Shown piece by piece: positions 12,765 to 26,582 of a DNA stretch of 64,000 bases. Where the stretch lies: NCBI GenBank assembly GCA_951406725.2, contig OX597830.1, forward strand, positions 33,356,001 through 33,420,000, given 5' to 3'. Both the position numbers and the translations under genes were made by a program. This DNA is from Octopus vulgaris (taxonomy: Eukaryota). The notes beneath the pieces were generated by a model, which did no database searches, was not told the DNA's origin, and worked only from the letters and a program-made list of their open reading frames with translations. The number at the start of each line of letters is the position of its first letter. Position 1 is the stretch's first letter.

Positions 12765-12960
12765 CACACACATGCCACATCTCTGTTGATGAGTCCTCAG
12801 GTGACTTTTAAGACCAGCTGCTGACTGACAGGGTTTAAAACACAAGTGACAGATATCATTCAAGTTTCTTCTACAACTTTGCCCTTTGGAATCCTGATTC
12901 TGAAGGAGTGTTTTGTGGACTAGCATATGTCTTTTAAGTACAGCTATCATCTTACAAGTT
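12765..12960 (-). pseudogene. C2H2-like zinc-finger fragment, probably an RTE/BovB-type LINE C-terminus
   Basis: CHLCFKPCQSAAGLKSHLRTH preceded by LKRHMLVH. No clear splice context; this finger type terminates many RTE ORFs. Confidence 0.45.
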
Positions 12961-13096
12961 TTGTGTTATATGACACAAGTATATGGATGAATGAACAAAT
13001 AAGATGATGGACACTGCAAGTTACCACAAAGGCAACCTGCCTAGCAGAGAAGTAAGTCAAAAAACGCCTGACAACAGTCTAGAACAGTCTGTATCA

Positions 13097-13466
13097 GTGG
13101 AGACACAATGGCCCAGTGATTAGAGCAGCAGACTTTCGGTCATAGGATTGGGGTTTCGATTACCAGATCGGGCATTGTGAGTGTTTATTGAGTGAGAAAC
13201 CTAACTCTATTCGTGGCTCCAGCAGGCAGTGGTGGCAAACCCTGCTCTACTCTTTCACCACAACTTTCTCTCTCTCTTTCTTCCTATTTCTGTTGTGCCT
13301 GTATTTCAAAGAGCCAACCTTGTCATGCTCTGTGTCACCCCAAGAACTACGTTAAGGGTACACATGTCTATGGAGTGCTCAGCCACTTGCTCGTTGATTT
13401 CGTGAGCAGGCTGTTCCATTGATCAGATCAACTTAACCCTCATCGTCATAAATGAGAGAGTGCCAC
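13097..13466 (+). mobile_element. SINE family C1 (tRNA-Arg-like head) with target site duplication
   Basis: TGGCCCAGTGA A box, GGTTTCGATTACC B box. Flanks AACAGTCT(G/C)TATCA at 13083-13096 and 13467-13480. Homologue at 56524-56905. Confidence 0.85.
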
Positions 13467-13649
13467 AACAGTCTCTATCATTGACAACTTGTCTAGTATT
13501 GTTGGTATAATAAAATACTTTCAGTCAGTACTGTAGAAAATTAGTTGGTGACATGATGATGTCCAGATTACTACAATATTTTGTTGGCCCTGAAGCATAA
13601 AAGAAAAAGTTGTCATAGGCACAATTTGAACTCAGGATATTAAAATAAC

Positions 13650-13905
13650 ATCATCATCATAATCGTTTAGCATCCACTTTCCATGCTAGCATGGGCTGGA
13701 CAATTTGACTGAGGACTAATTAACCAGATGGGGCACCAGACCCCAGTCTGATCTAGCAGAGTTTGTACAGCTGGATGCCCTTCCTAATGTCAACCACTCC
13801 GAGAGTGTAGTGGGTGATTTTACGTGCCACCAGCATGAGGGCCAGTCAGGTGGTACTGGCAATGGCCACACTCAAATGGTGTTATTTATGTGCCACCTGC
13901 ACCAC
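13650..13905 (-). mobile_element. Family E
   Basis: (CAT)n tail, CCATGCTAGCATGG, GGATGCCCTTCCTAATG. Confidence 0.8.
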
Positions 13906-13999
13906 AAAGCATTTTGTCTGATGCTCTATTGTTCATTGCCATCTCAGTACCCTTAATACCTTGGGAAAAAAAAATAATGATAATAATGATAGTTACTAA

Positions 14000-14205
14000 C
14001 TTTTGCACAAGGCCTGCAATTTCAGGGAAGGGGCCCAAGCCAATTACACTGACTCCCAGTAATCAGCAGTTACTCATTTTATTGACCTTAAAAGGATGAA
14101 AGGCAAAGTCTACCTTGGCAGAATTTGAATTCAAAACATAAAGATTGATGAAATGCCACTAAGCATTTTGCCCAGCAGGCTAATGATTCTGCCCACTCTC
14201 TGCCT
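14000..14205 (-). mobile_element. SINE family B (Meta/MESC-like domain)
   Basis: Reverse of GACTTTGCCTTTCATCCTTT..GGTCAATAAAATGAGTA, resembling the MetaSINE central domain. Confidence 0.8.
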
Positions 14206-15045
<840 letters not shown>

Positions 15046-15084
15046 AATAATAATAATAATAATAATAATAATAGTAATGATAAA

Positions 15085-15300
15085 ATCCTTTCTAATGGAA
15101 GTACAAGGCCTCAAATTTGAGTGAAGGGATTAAGTCAATTACATCGACCCCAATGCATAGCTGGTACTTAATTTATCGACCCAAAAAAGATGAAAGGCAA
15201 AGTCCACCTCAGTGGAATTTGAACTCAGAAAGTGAAGACAGATAAAATACCGCTAAGCATTTCACCTGGCTTGCTAACGATTCTGCCAGCTCGCTGCCTT

Positions 15301-15349
<49 letters not shown>

Positions 15350-15600
15350 TAATAATAATAATAATAATGATAATAATAATAAATATTGGTCTCAAATTTT
15401 GGCACAAGGCCAGCAGTTTTGAGGGAGAGGATAAATCGATTGCATTGACCCCAGTAATTAACTGGTACTTATTTTATCAACCCTGAAATGAGAAATGGCA
15501 AAGTTGACCTCAGTGGAATTTGAACTCAAAACCTAAAGACAAATGAAATGAAGTTGAGCAGTTTGCTTGACATACTAATGATTCTGCCAGCTTGCTACTT
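15085..15600 (-). mobile_element. Two tandem SINE family B copies separated by (AAT)n
   Basis: 15085-15300 and 15385-15600, each with GAAA(G/T)GCAAAGT...GGAATTTGAACTCA. Confidence 0.85.
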
Positions 15601-15611
15601 TAATAATAAGG

Positions 15612-15666
<55 letters not shown>

Positions 15667-15866
15667 TAATAATAATAATAAACAATCTTACTAAGGAACT
15701 TGACATATAAGAGTGACTATTATATTAAGGATATTAAGATATCCAAATTAGATTACTAACAGCCACAAAAGAAAATGAGAGAAAAAAGAAGAAAGAATGA
15801 AACTAATAGGTCTGCTTGATTAGGAATGACCTGGGGTTATACAACAAAAAAATTGCAACAACATAC

Positions 15867-15923
15867 CTCAACGCCACCCAACTCCGTTTGTGTTTGTAAA
15901 GTTGGCTCTCATTGAATACATGT
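15867..15923 (-). CDS. Candidate 57-nt exon of an unidentified gene
   Basis: Acceptor tttcattcag and donor AG|GTATGT; open phase-2 frame HVFNESQLYKHKRSWVAL(R/S); unique sequence. Confidence 0.35.
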
Positions 15924-16197
15924 CTGAATGAAATTTTGAACAGTGTCAAATTTCAGAACATAATGAATGATCTAGTGAAATTGCATCACTTCCACAGAAA
16001 TTATTAATACCAGCTTCTTGATGAAACACAAACAGAAATAGTGATTAACAACAACAACAACAACAACAGTAACAACAATATACAAAAGAAATCTTTTGGG
16101 GAAAATGAAAGAAAACAAGCAAAACAGAAATCAATTAAGAAAACAACTCTGGTCTTTTCTGACCTATCCAACCCACACAAACATGACATGAATATAT

Positions 16198-16260
<63 letters not shown>

Positions 16261-16907
16261 GGAGAAAGTGGGATGGTGAGAGGAGGAAAAGAAAGGAAGA
16301 AAGAAGACCTCAAACAAAACAAGCTAACAAATCTTCATAAAAAAAAACAAAAACTAAAGAACATAAAAATAAAACAAAATTCTAAAACCAAATCAAAGAA
16401 GCATAAATATAAAGGTTGGGTCATTGATGATTATTCAGATTTTGAAAATGAGTTGGATAAAAAAAATATTAAAACAATAATAAGAATAAAAAAAATATAA
16501 CCACAATCCCTTGTTCTTTCTCTAGTAACAACTTCATTAAAATTTCAGAATAATTGATAATTTTAAAGAAATATAAAATCCAATAAATGAAATTTGTATT
16601 TTCTTTACATGTTTGTTTTTTAGTCATATTTTATTGATATATTTAATTTAATTTTTAATTTTTGTTAATTTTTTTTTTATCATGTCTTTCTCTAATTCTG
16701 ATTTTTGTTTGTTTTACCTTCAACAGATTTTGTCTCTTCCTTTTTACACAAACACATATATGTACAACATGTACGCATACATAAATGCACATCCATAACA
16801 CACACACACACATGCATATACACAATTTTCCTCTTTCTACTCTCTATGAAAGAAGCAAAGTATCTTGCTGTAGTTCATTTTACATGTGTTTATAAATTAT
16901 ACATACA

Positions 16908-16958
<51 letters not shown>

Positions 16959-17722
16959 ATGTGTGTGTGTGTATACATATATATAGACGTAAATATATAT
17001 ATATGTGTGTTGTGTATATGTATATATGCGTGTGTATATATACATATATATTCTTATATATACATATATATATATATTTATATCTATATATATACACACA
17101 CACACATATATATGCATTTACAGAACACATACATATATACATTGTATAAATATGTATATATATAAATAGATGTGTATATCTATCTATCCATCTCTCTCTA
17201 TACACACACATGCACACACATACACACATGCCTATATACACACGTATGTGTATTTTAACGAAGAAAAATTTTAAAATTAATAATAATCAAATAATTTCAT
17301 TAAACAGTTTTGTTAACAAACTAATAAAGAAACAAAGGGGGGGGAGAATGAAAGCATTCAGCACCTACACCCAATACTATGCAACACCATTACATACCAT
17401 TCTGTTCCACCCCCGTACCATCCTTTTTCCTTTTCTTCCACCTTCACCCTTATTAAAACAAACAGCAAATTTATAAATATATTTATGTAAAAAAAAAAAA
17501 AAATCCCAATGGAAGCCAAAAAGTTATACTATACAAATAGAAATACATATAGAACTCATTCAAGAAAACAAACACAAATACATCGCATACATTGTACATG
17601 CATAAACATTGATACAGACACGCAATAAGATATATCGAATTTATTTAAGAAAATAAACACACTCATGCACATGCACACATACAAAGACGATCACATACAT
17701 ATATATATATATACACACACAC

Positions 17723-17781
<59 letters not shown>

Positions 17782-17885
17782 GAAACAAGTACAAACGAAA
17801 GTTGAAATAAAAATGTTTAAAACTAAAATCATTGAAACAGTAAAACAAATATTGAAAATTATTCCCACTTAATTGAAAGAATGGA

Positions 17886-17980
17886 TTAAAGATCCAAGGA
17901 ATGATTCAGGCTAATCAAGTAATTATATGTGAGTTGAAGGAGTTCAGTGGTGTTGGCAGAAGTGGCGCTGGAAGAAAAAT
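17886..17980 (-). CDS. Candidate terminal coding exon followed by a U-rich 3'UTR-like tract
   Basis: ctttcag gives (D)FSSSATSANTTELLQLTYNYLISLNHSLDL*; the nearby tttttcttccag acceptor gives PLLPTPLNSFNSHIIT*. Frame ambiguous. Confidence 0.2.
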
Positions 17981-18038
17981 CTGAAAGCCACCACCAAAAT
18001 GGTTTTCTTTTATCCTCCATCTCTGTCAATCTTTCTAC

Positions 18039-18102
<64 letters not shown>

Positions 18103-18235
18103 ATCACTCACTCCCCCTCTCTCACTATTTCTCTCTCTATCACCCTCTCTCAATATTTCAAAATAATTTTGAAAATACATATTTCTCTTTCTGTCTCTTT
18201 CTATTTCTGTCTGTTTCAGTTTTCCAAAATAACTA

Positions 18236-18395
18236 GGCGTGGCTGTGTGGTAAGAAGCTTGCTTCCCAAACACATGGTTCCAGGTTCAGTTCCACTTCAT
18301 AATACCTTGGGGTAAGGGGTAAGTGTATTCTACTATAGTCTCAGTCCAATCAAAGCCATGTGAATGGGTTTGGTAGACAGAAACTGAAAGAAGCT
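18236..18395 (+). mobile_element. SINE family A 5' half
   Basis: TGGCTGTGTGGTAAGAAGCTTGC...GGTTCAGTTCC...GAAACTGAAAGAAGC. Confidence 0.85.
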
Positions 18396-18769
18396 TGTTT
18401 GCTCACACGTGACCAAAGGCTATCTATCTTTCTTTCTTCCACTTCCTTCCTAAAGACAAGATGTGCTTTTACCTGTCTCTTCTCAAAGCTCGGTTTTCCA
18501 GCATTCACCACTTCACATCGTTGTTGGCTTAACAGCTCTCACCATTTGTTTTTACCGTTTTGTTCTTACTGTCCAGTTTTTGTTACCACTTTAACCCTCC
18601 GCAAAAAATCCCAACTTTTATTTTAATTTGCATCATCATCATCATCATCATCATCATCCTCGTTGTCGTCATCATCATCGTCATCATCATCATCATCATC
18701 ATCATCATCTCCAACAGCATTGCCACCACTGCCATCATCACCACCACCACCACCAACATCATCATCACC

Positions 18770-20090
18770 ATTAAATGTCCATGTCCCATACTGGCATGGG
18801 TTGGACAGTTTGGCAAGATCTGATGTGCCCAAGGACTCCAGTGTCTGCTTTGGCATGGCTTTTATGGTTGGATGCCCTTCCTAGCGCCAACCATTCTACA
18901 GTATATTCTGGATGCTTTTTCTTTTCCTGTGCCACCTGCGCAACTGAGGTTACTATGCAGTTCAAAGGGCTACAAGCACTGCAGGAAGTGGTGGTGAGGG
19001 GTCAGTTTCTTTCCTGCTAGGGGATAAGAAGTTTACTATGAGAGAGGGGTAGGAGCAGAGAAGGTCCTTTCAGAGAGTTCTGCATGGCTACTCATATTTA
19101 TTTGTAGGGAGAGAAAGAGAAAATGATTGACGGGAGTTACAATTGTGATAAGGTGCTCAGGTGACCCTTCCCCACAAGGTACAAGCTGAGGTAGAGGTGA
19201 ATGGGTGGGTGGGTGGTTTGCCATATTTGTATGGGAGGGTGAATGAGGAGTTGGGGTGGAGCAGATTGTTTAAAAAAAGTAAGGGATTCAAGGGTGGCTG
19301 AAACAACAGCCGCGAGTTAGAGGAATGCAGAAGAGTGGGGCCAGGAAGTCATCTGCACTGCTGGATGCCCTTGAACCAGTTGTTAAGTATCCCACCCATG
19401 AGATCATATTGTTGTTGTAGGTGGGGGGGGGGGTTGTGCAAAACAAGAAAGATATATGGTTGAGTATTCCATGAAGGTGTGTGGGATGGGGGAGAGAAGA
19501 GTCAAGCATAATGCATGATGAGGTAAAGTCATTATAATGGTTGAACCCGAGGCGTAATGCTTTTATAATTCAGTTTTATTGAGGGGGTACATCTTTTTGA
19601 GGTTAACAAATGTATACAAACAACCACACACACACACAAGCACACACATATATTTATTTTCACACAACCCCAATGTCCCTTGAGGGTATGTTCCAACACA
19701 TCCTTGCCATCATCTCTAGCACAGTCACTCTCCTCATCCAATTCTCTAACTCATTCTCCTTTCTCTTCCAGCTGGGATATTTATGTATCTACAGCTAGAT
19801 ACCTATTTATGTCCCTCCACATCTTTAATCTCTCAACTAGTACAAAGCCACTGGTCACTCAGTTTTGCTCCCCCTCCTCAGTTGAGGGCTTTTTGCCTTT
19901 CTTTGTCCTGTAAGGTACTAGGTGACCCCATTGGTGATGGTGCCACATTAAAAGCACCCAGTATACTCTATAGGCATCCACCTATAGAAGCCATACCAAA
20001 ACAAACTATAGAGCCAGGTACCCCAGCCTTGTCAGCATCTGTCAAACCATCTAACCCTTGACAACAATGGAAAACAAGATGTTAAATGAT
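18770..20090. mobile_element. Long diverged family E copies (minus from 18770, plus ending near 20090)
   Basis: E tail and GGATGCCCTTCC motif at 18770-18960 (-); GGCATCCA...GTCAAACCATCTAACCC...GTTAAATGAT at 19880-20090 (+). Confidence 0.55.
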
Positions 20091-20489
20091 AGATTTCTTT
20101 ATTAAGCCATGCATGGCTGAACACAAAGAGGACAATACAATGTAGAATTTTTCCTTTGGAAACCAATCAATAGGGACTGATTTGAGGCAGGTACACAAAT
20201 AAAAAAGGAAAAAAGGAAATTCCCAAAGAGAGGGAGAAAAATAAAACACTGAGTAGGGTTATCCCTGGAAAGAAACACCTATGTAAAAAACCACGATAAC
20301 CTCAGAAAAAACCATGGGAACAAAGTGCCCTTTGTCTTTTGGTTCTAAAGGCTCGTGCTCAAAGTGGGTCCATCATTCATGTGCACCATCCTTACTACAT
20401 TCACCCACCATTTTGTTAAATGATAATGATGACGATGAGCTGTATGTATACCTACATACATACACACATATATACATAAATATATAATC

Positions 20490-20880
20490 TTTCACTCTTT
20501 TACACATCTCAGTCATATGATTATGACCATGCTGGAGCACCACCTGTTGTTGAAGAAATTAACCCCAGAATTTATTCTTTGTAAGCCTAGTACTTATTCT
20601 ATCAGTCTCTTTTGCTGGACTGCTAAGTTTTGGGGATATAAACACATCAACATCAGTTGTCAAGCAATGGTGGTGGTGGTGGTGGTGGTGGTGGGGAAAC
20701 AGACACAAAGACACACACACATAAATATATATATACTTCAGTTTCCATCTACCAAATCCACTCACAAGATTATGGTCGGCCTGAGGCTATAGTAGAAAAC
20801 ACTTGCCCAAGGTGCCACACAGTGGGACTGAACCTGGAACCATGTGGTTGGGAAGCTTCTTACCACACAGCCATGCCTGT
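20490..20880 (-). mobile_element. SINE family A, full length
   Basis: All modules present in reverse. Confidence 0.9.
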
Positions 20881-20887
20881 ACTTATA

Positions 20888-20963
<76 letters not shown>

Positions 20964-20965
<2 letters not shown>

Positions 20966-21361
20966 CATAGGAGTGGCTGTGTGGTAAGTAGCTTGCTTAT
21001 GAACCACATGGTTCCGGGTTCAGTCCCACTGCGTGGCACCTTGGGCAAGTGTCTTCTGCTATAGCCTCGGGCTGACCAAAGCCTTGTGAGTGGATTTGGT
21101 AGACGGAAACTGAAAGAAGCCTGTCGTATATATGTATATATATATGTGTGTGTGTGTTTGTCCCCCCCAACATCGCTTGACAACCGATGCTGGTGTGTTT
21201 ATGTCCCCCGTAACTTAGCGGTTCTGCAAAAGAGAATGATAGAATACGTACTAGGCTTTCAAAGAATAAGTCCTGGGGTCGATTTGCTCGACTAAAGGTG
21301 GTGCTCCAGCATGGCCACAGTCAAATGACTGAAACAAGTAAAAGAGTAAAAGAGTAAAGAG
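20964..21361 (+). mobile_element. SINE family A, full length, consensus-like copy
   Basis: GGCATAGGAGTGGCTGTGTGG...GGTTCAGTCCC...CCTTGGGCAAGTG...(TA/TG)n...(AGTAAAAG-like) tail. Confidence 0.92.
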
Positions 21362-22234
21362 TATATATATATGAGGGGGTACAAATTGTATGATTAAGTA
21401 TTTTGCTTTGTAACCATACAGCTTCAGGTTCAATCTTACTGTTTGTATTGAGCAAATGATTATTATTATAGCCCTGGGCCAACCTAATGCTTTTTGAATG
21501 TAATCAGTTGATGGAATGTGTGTGGAAGTCTATTGTGTGTGTGTGTGTGTGTGTGTTCATGGATGTTGAAGTTACAAGCATTTTGAAGATCTGTGGAATA
21601 ATAGATCCCTTGTTTTAATGACTGTTAAGGGCATTTGGCTCTTAAACGCTCCTATGAACTCCTATTTAACCTATCCAAACATAGAGAAATAGACATTAAA
21701 TGAATGAGCAGAGAGAGAGTGAGAGTGACAGAAACAGAAAGCGAGGGAAAGAGAGAAAGAGAAAAAAATAGAGGAACAGAAAAAGAGAGAAAAATATCTT
21801 GGAAAACTAACCTTAGATGCCTGTGGCATGTTATGTAATTGTAAAATGGGCATTAGCATATTAAATGAAGTGAGCCACCAATTTATAATTAATTCAAATT
21901 ACACCTGTAGGGAAGAGAACAGGTATTTTTTAAAAAATTAATTATTCTGGTAAAATATAAACAAAATGTGGAAACAGTGAGAGCCAAGCGGGAGATTTTT
22001 AATTAGTTAAATATTAATTAAATATGAAATTCAGTGAGGAGATGATTTGATCTTTAGCAGTATGATGACATCTCTCGTCATGGATGTTTATGGCAAAATT
22101 TATATACGGAAATGTGTATGTATCTCTCTCTCTCTCTCTCTGTATTTATTTATATATATGTATATATATGTATATATATATGTGTGTATGTGTGTGTGTG
22201 TGTGTGTGCGTGTGTGTGTGTGTATATATATATA

Positions 22235-22658
22235 GGCACAGGAGTGGCTCTGTGGTACGTAGCTTGCTTACCAGCCACATGGTTCTGGGTTCAGTCCCAC
22301 TGTGTGGCACCTTGCGTAAGTGTCTTCTACTATAGACTTGGGCCAACCAAATCCTTGTGTGTAAATTTGGTAGACAGAAGCTGAAAGAAGTCCATTGTAT
22401 ATATATATATATATATTTATGTGTGTGTCTTTGTGTTTGTGTTTGTTCCCCCACCCACTATTGTTTGACAACCAATGCTGGTGTGTTTATGTCCCCGTAA
22501 ATTAGCAGTTCAGCATAAGAGACCGATAGAATAAGTACTAGGATTACAAAGAATAAATCCTGGGATCAATTTGTTCAACTAAAGATTGTGCTCCAGCATG
22601 GCTGCAGTGAAAAATGACAAACAAATAAAAGAGTAAAAAAATAAACGAATAAAAGAAT
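22235..22658 (+). mobile_element. SINE family A, full length
   Basis: All modules present. Confidence 0.9.
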
Positions 22659-23289
22659 AGGCAAGTGAAAAATTAAAAAAAAAACAATAAAATTCGGTTT
22701 GGACATACGGAGGAAATATATTTGATTGATGCTCAGGTAAAGTTTGGGATGGAAAAATATGAGTAATGTTTTGTGCATGGCTCTTTGTCAGAAAGAGGAA
22801 AAAGTCCAGAGAGGAGGAAATGGAGGAAGGAATGGAAAGTCGGAGAAAAGCCTATGTGTTATTACATGGCCAAACACACAAAACACCTTAGACTGAGAAA
22901 ACTGTTAAGGGATCTGCTTTGGCAAGAATTATATTGTGAATATTGTGAGCTTCAATGATTTTGTGCTTATCCTTGTGGTATAGACATTCACAAACTTAGT
23001 AACACACACACATACTGATGCACATGCACATATACACACACATATATAATGCATACACCATGCTGTAAAGCAGCATGTTGCAAAACAGTCTGAGTTAAGA
23101 AGTGTATCCATTTGAAAAGATAGCCATTCCCCTCCCCCCCCCCAAAAAAAAGACCTCTCAGAGAGGTCAAACCTCTGCCAAGGCAACACCAACATTAACA
23201 ATGATTAGCTGGAGATAATTTTTAAATGAGATTATCTGAAATAAACTCGACTACTCTCACAAATGAGGATACTAAAAATGAGCTCAACC

Positions 23290-23520
23290 ACTCTCAAAAA
23301 TTTTGTAAAAAAAAAAAGGAAAAATAATCCAGGATCCTTGTCTGGTACTGGATTGATCCCAAAATCTAATCAGTTTGTGCCAGTCATGAGGCCAAACATC
23401 CCTGAAAGTTTCATCTGAATCCATCCAGCGGTTCTTGAGATATGTTGTCCAAGGACAAACAAACAAAGAAACATGGCTGAAAACAATACCTCCACCTTCG
23501 CTAAAGCGGAGGTAATAATA
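23290..23520 (-). mobile_element. DINE-1/HINE-like (Helentron-associated) non-autonomous element
   Basis: TTATTACCTCCGC...GTGGAGGTATTGTTTTC subterminal inverted repeat, (GTTT)n, then GATGGATTCAGATGAAACTT core. Confidence 0.55.
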
Positions 23521-23569
23521 AAAAAACAAGTGAACAAATATAGGAATTCTGCAAGCCAAAGTACAAGCA

Positions 23570-23816
23570 TCATCATCATCATTGTTCGACCGTGGTCGAG
23601 ACAATGGAATTTACCATGCTACGCCAGACTTCACGGTCCATCATGGCATTACGGAGGTCCTGTTGCTGGATGCCTGTATCCCTGGAGATTACATCAGGGT
23701 AGAATAGTGTGCGCCCTCTGGTATTGCAAGTAGATGGCTTCCAGAGGACAAGAGTAGAAATTACTTCTTTTTCAGCTCTACAACATTGTCCAGCAAACTG
23801 GACTCTCCTACCTTTC
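23570..23816 (-). mobile_element. 5'-truncated RTE-clade LINE 3' end
   Basis: RRVQFAGQCCRAEKEVISTLVLWKP...GRTLFYPDVISRDTG...AMMDREVWR, (GAT)n tail, possible 7-bp TSD ACAAGCA (23563-23569 and 23817-23823). Confidence 0.8.
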
Positions 23817-24248
23817 ACAAGCAATCCATCCAAAAGTGAATCACCTTGAATAAGAAGTGATGTAGAGTAGAGGTAAGCTTCCAAGTCTTTTATCAATATC
23901 CTTTCTATTTTTTTGGTGGTATGATAAAATTCTCTCACTTCAAGCTGTAGAGTGGTTGGTGATAGAAAGGGTGTCCATTTGTAAAGACATTGCTAGAAAG
24001 AATATCATACACATCAGATAAGTTAGTTGGTCTTTTATTTTTCTACTACAATGTGTTTCATATGACAAAGGACACAAATAGAAGTGAGCTATCGAACCCA
24101 TGTCAGTAGGAAGAAATAAACTTCAAAATGGTGATTGTTATATTTATTTAAGTAAAGAATAATCCAAGAAATTATTTCACAGTGAAAACCATTCATTCCA
24201 CAAAATACATTTAGTAATTGCATTCTATATATATATATATATAATGGC

Positions 24249-24430
24249 AAATTTGTTGAAAATGCACCTAAGTTTGAAAAACTTGTAATTGCCTAAAATA
24301 AATTTATTTACATATATACCAAACTAGTTTCAACAATATTTTTTGTTTCTAAATTGGTATATATGTAAATGAATTTATTTTAAACAATTATAAGTTTTTC
24401 AAATTTAGGTGCATTTTCAGCAACAAATTT
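24249..24430. mobile_element. Foldback MITE-like element
   Basis: About 72 bp imperfect inverted arms (aaatttgttgaaaatgcacctaa...tatatacc / ggtatata...ttaggtgcattttc..caacaaattt). Confidence 0.75.
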
Positions 24431-24472
24431 GAATATATTTTTTTCCTGTGTGGAAATACATCCCCTCTTTTG

Positions 24473-24506
<34 letters not shown>

Positions 24507-24530
24507 TTTATTTATAAGTAGAAGAAATAT

Positions 24531-24583
24531 AACAAAAACTGTTACTCAGAGTTTCACGTTCTCGTTCGTTAGACAGTTTTGTT
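24531..24583 (-). ncRNA. Compact hammerhead-like motif, type I, one core substitution
   Basis: aacaaaactgt-CTAACGA-acg-agaa-cgt-GAAAC-tctga-GTA-acagtttttgtt. Confidence 0.6.
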
Positions 24584-24839
24584 AAAATAGAACAAAAATA
24601 ACGATACAATCAAAACTAGTTAAAGGATACACCTTTAAAAATGGATTTGTTTCATTGGTCCTTTCAATTAACGGTCTTAAGCATGCAATGTAGTCTTTTT
24701 TCCACCTTGTTTCACATTTATGTGCTTAGTCCAGCATATATATATATATCAATAGATAGATATAGACAGACAGACAGACAGATAGATAGCTAGATAGATA
24801 AATAGGTAGATAGATAGATAGATAGATAGATATTAGTTA

Positions 24840-25045
24840 CACAATTTGGGTCAAAGCTACCAATTTTGGGGAAGGGATAAATCATTTATATTGGCTCTGG
24901 TGCTAAAGTGGTATCTTCTTTATTGACCCTTGAAAAGAAGAAAGGCAAAGCTGACTTCAGCAGAATTTGAACTCAGAATGTAAATACAAAGGAAATACCA
25001 CAAAGCACATTGCTCACGATGCTAATGATTCAGCCAGCTCATTGG
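24840..25045 (-). mobile_element. SINE family B, diverged
   Basis: GAAAGGCAAAGCTGAC...GAATTTGAACTCAGAA. Confidence 0.75.
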
Positions 25046-25280
25046 CTGCTTTGAATGAGATAGCATAACAGTTAATCTTTGTTAAGAACTCCATGTAATT
25101 CCATTTATATCTAACTTCAAATCAGGTATTAAACAAAGCTTGTACATGGATTATATTTTGATATTATACACATTTTAACAGATTATATGGAATATATATC
25201 TGAGGGCAGAATGAAATTTTGAAATTTTGAAATTTGGTAAAATTCTGCAACTGAGTCTTCACTTTTTTCTGCTTTTTAAT

Positions 25281-25311
<31 letters not shown>

Positions 25312-25399
25312 TATACATATACATACATATATATATATATGTGTGTGTATGTATATTTATATATGTATATATATGTATATATATGTGTGTATATATCTA

Positions 25400-25499
<100 letters not shown>

Positions 25500-25524
25500 T
25501 ACATACATATATATATATATATAT

Positions 25525-26393
25525 ATTCTTTTATTCTTTTACTCAATTCTGTCATTTGACTGCAGACATGCTGGAGCACCAGCCTGAGGGATTTTAGTTG
25601 AACAAATCAACCCCAAGATTTATTTTTTAATCCTAGTACTTATTCTATCAGTCTCTTTTGCTGAACCATTAAGTTACAGGGGCATAAACACACCAACAGC
25701 AGTTGTCAAGCAGTAATGGGAGGACAAACACAGACACAAAGACATACACACATAGATATATACATATATATATATTTATATCAATATTTATATCAATCTA
25801 TCTATCTCTCTATATATATATATATATCATATCTATAAAAGGGAGGATGTGTGTGCTTGTGTGTGTGTACGTGATTGTAATTTATGCACGTCCACAAATT
25901 AGCATGCATGTCGCTCCAATTTTAGGAGGACATTTGTCAATCCCCTATCTGGGTTTTGTCAACACATTTCCCCCCCACCCGAGGCACCCGTGGGTAGCGT
26001 AAATATCTATTTTCAGACATAGCTTTTAGCCACGAAAAATATCAGCCTGGGCTTTTTTGATGCAGTCTAACAAAAAAATAAAATTAAGATAAAGAAAGTG
26101 GAAGAAGGAGGCAGAGAGTTTCACGGGAAAGACAAAGTGAGAGAGGGAGAGAGAGAGAGAGTAAGTTATGATGGTCATAAAATGTAAAATATTTTGTTTT
26201 TTGTTTTTCAAAGACACTATATTTTATAATCATAGTATATATACTTTAGTGAAAATCGTGCAAGTGTTAATCTACAAATTTAACAACATTTTTCCATTCA
26301 TTTCTGTAGAAAACACTTGCCCAAGGTGCCATAGAGTGAGTCTGAACCTGGAACCATGAGGTTGGGAAACAAGCGTCTTACCACACAGCCATA
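25525..26393 (-). mobile_element. SINE family A split by a Helitron-like insert (about 25830-26290)
   Basis: Tail half 25525-25750 and head part 26305-26393; the insert starts a|TCTATAAAAGGGAGGATGTGTGTG. Confidence 0.6.
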
Positions 26394-26582
26394 CCTTAAC
26401 ACTTGGCAGGCCTCAAATAATGCAAGCTTAGACTCTGATATCTCTATGTGGGACCAATTCGCTGTTGTTTGTAATCTGTGTAAGTTTGATCTATTAAGAT
26501 AAATATCTATATTTCTATACTTAAATATGCATAGTCTGAAAGTCTGAAGTGTTTGCTTTCTTTCTGCCCACATACTTTTGTA

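Noticed and set aside
12765-12960. Host C2H2 zinc-finger gene exon
   Set aside because: Single atypical finger, no TGEKP linker, runs into microsatellite; a LINE tail is more likely.
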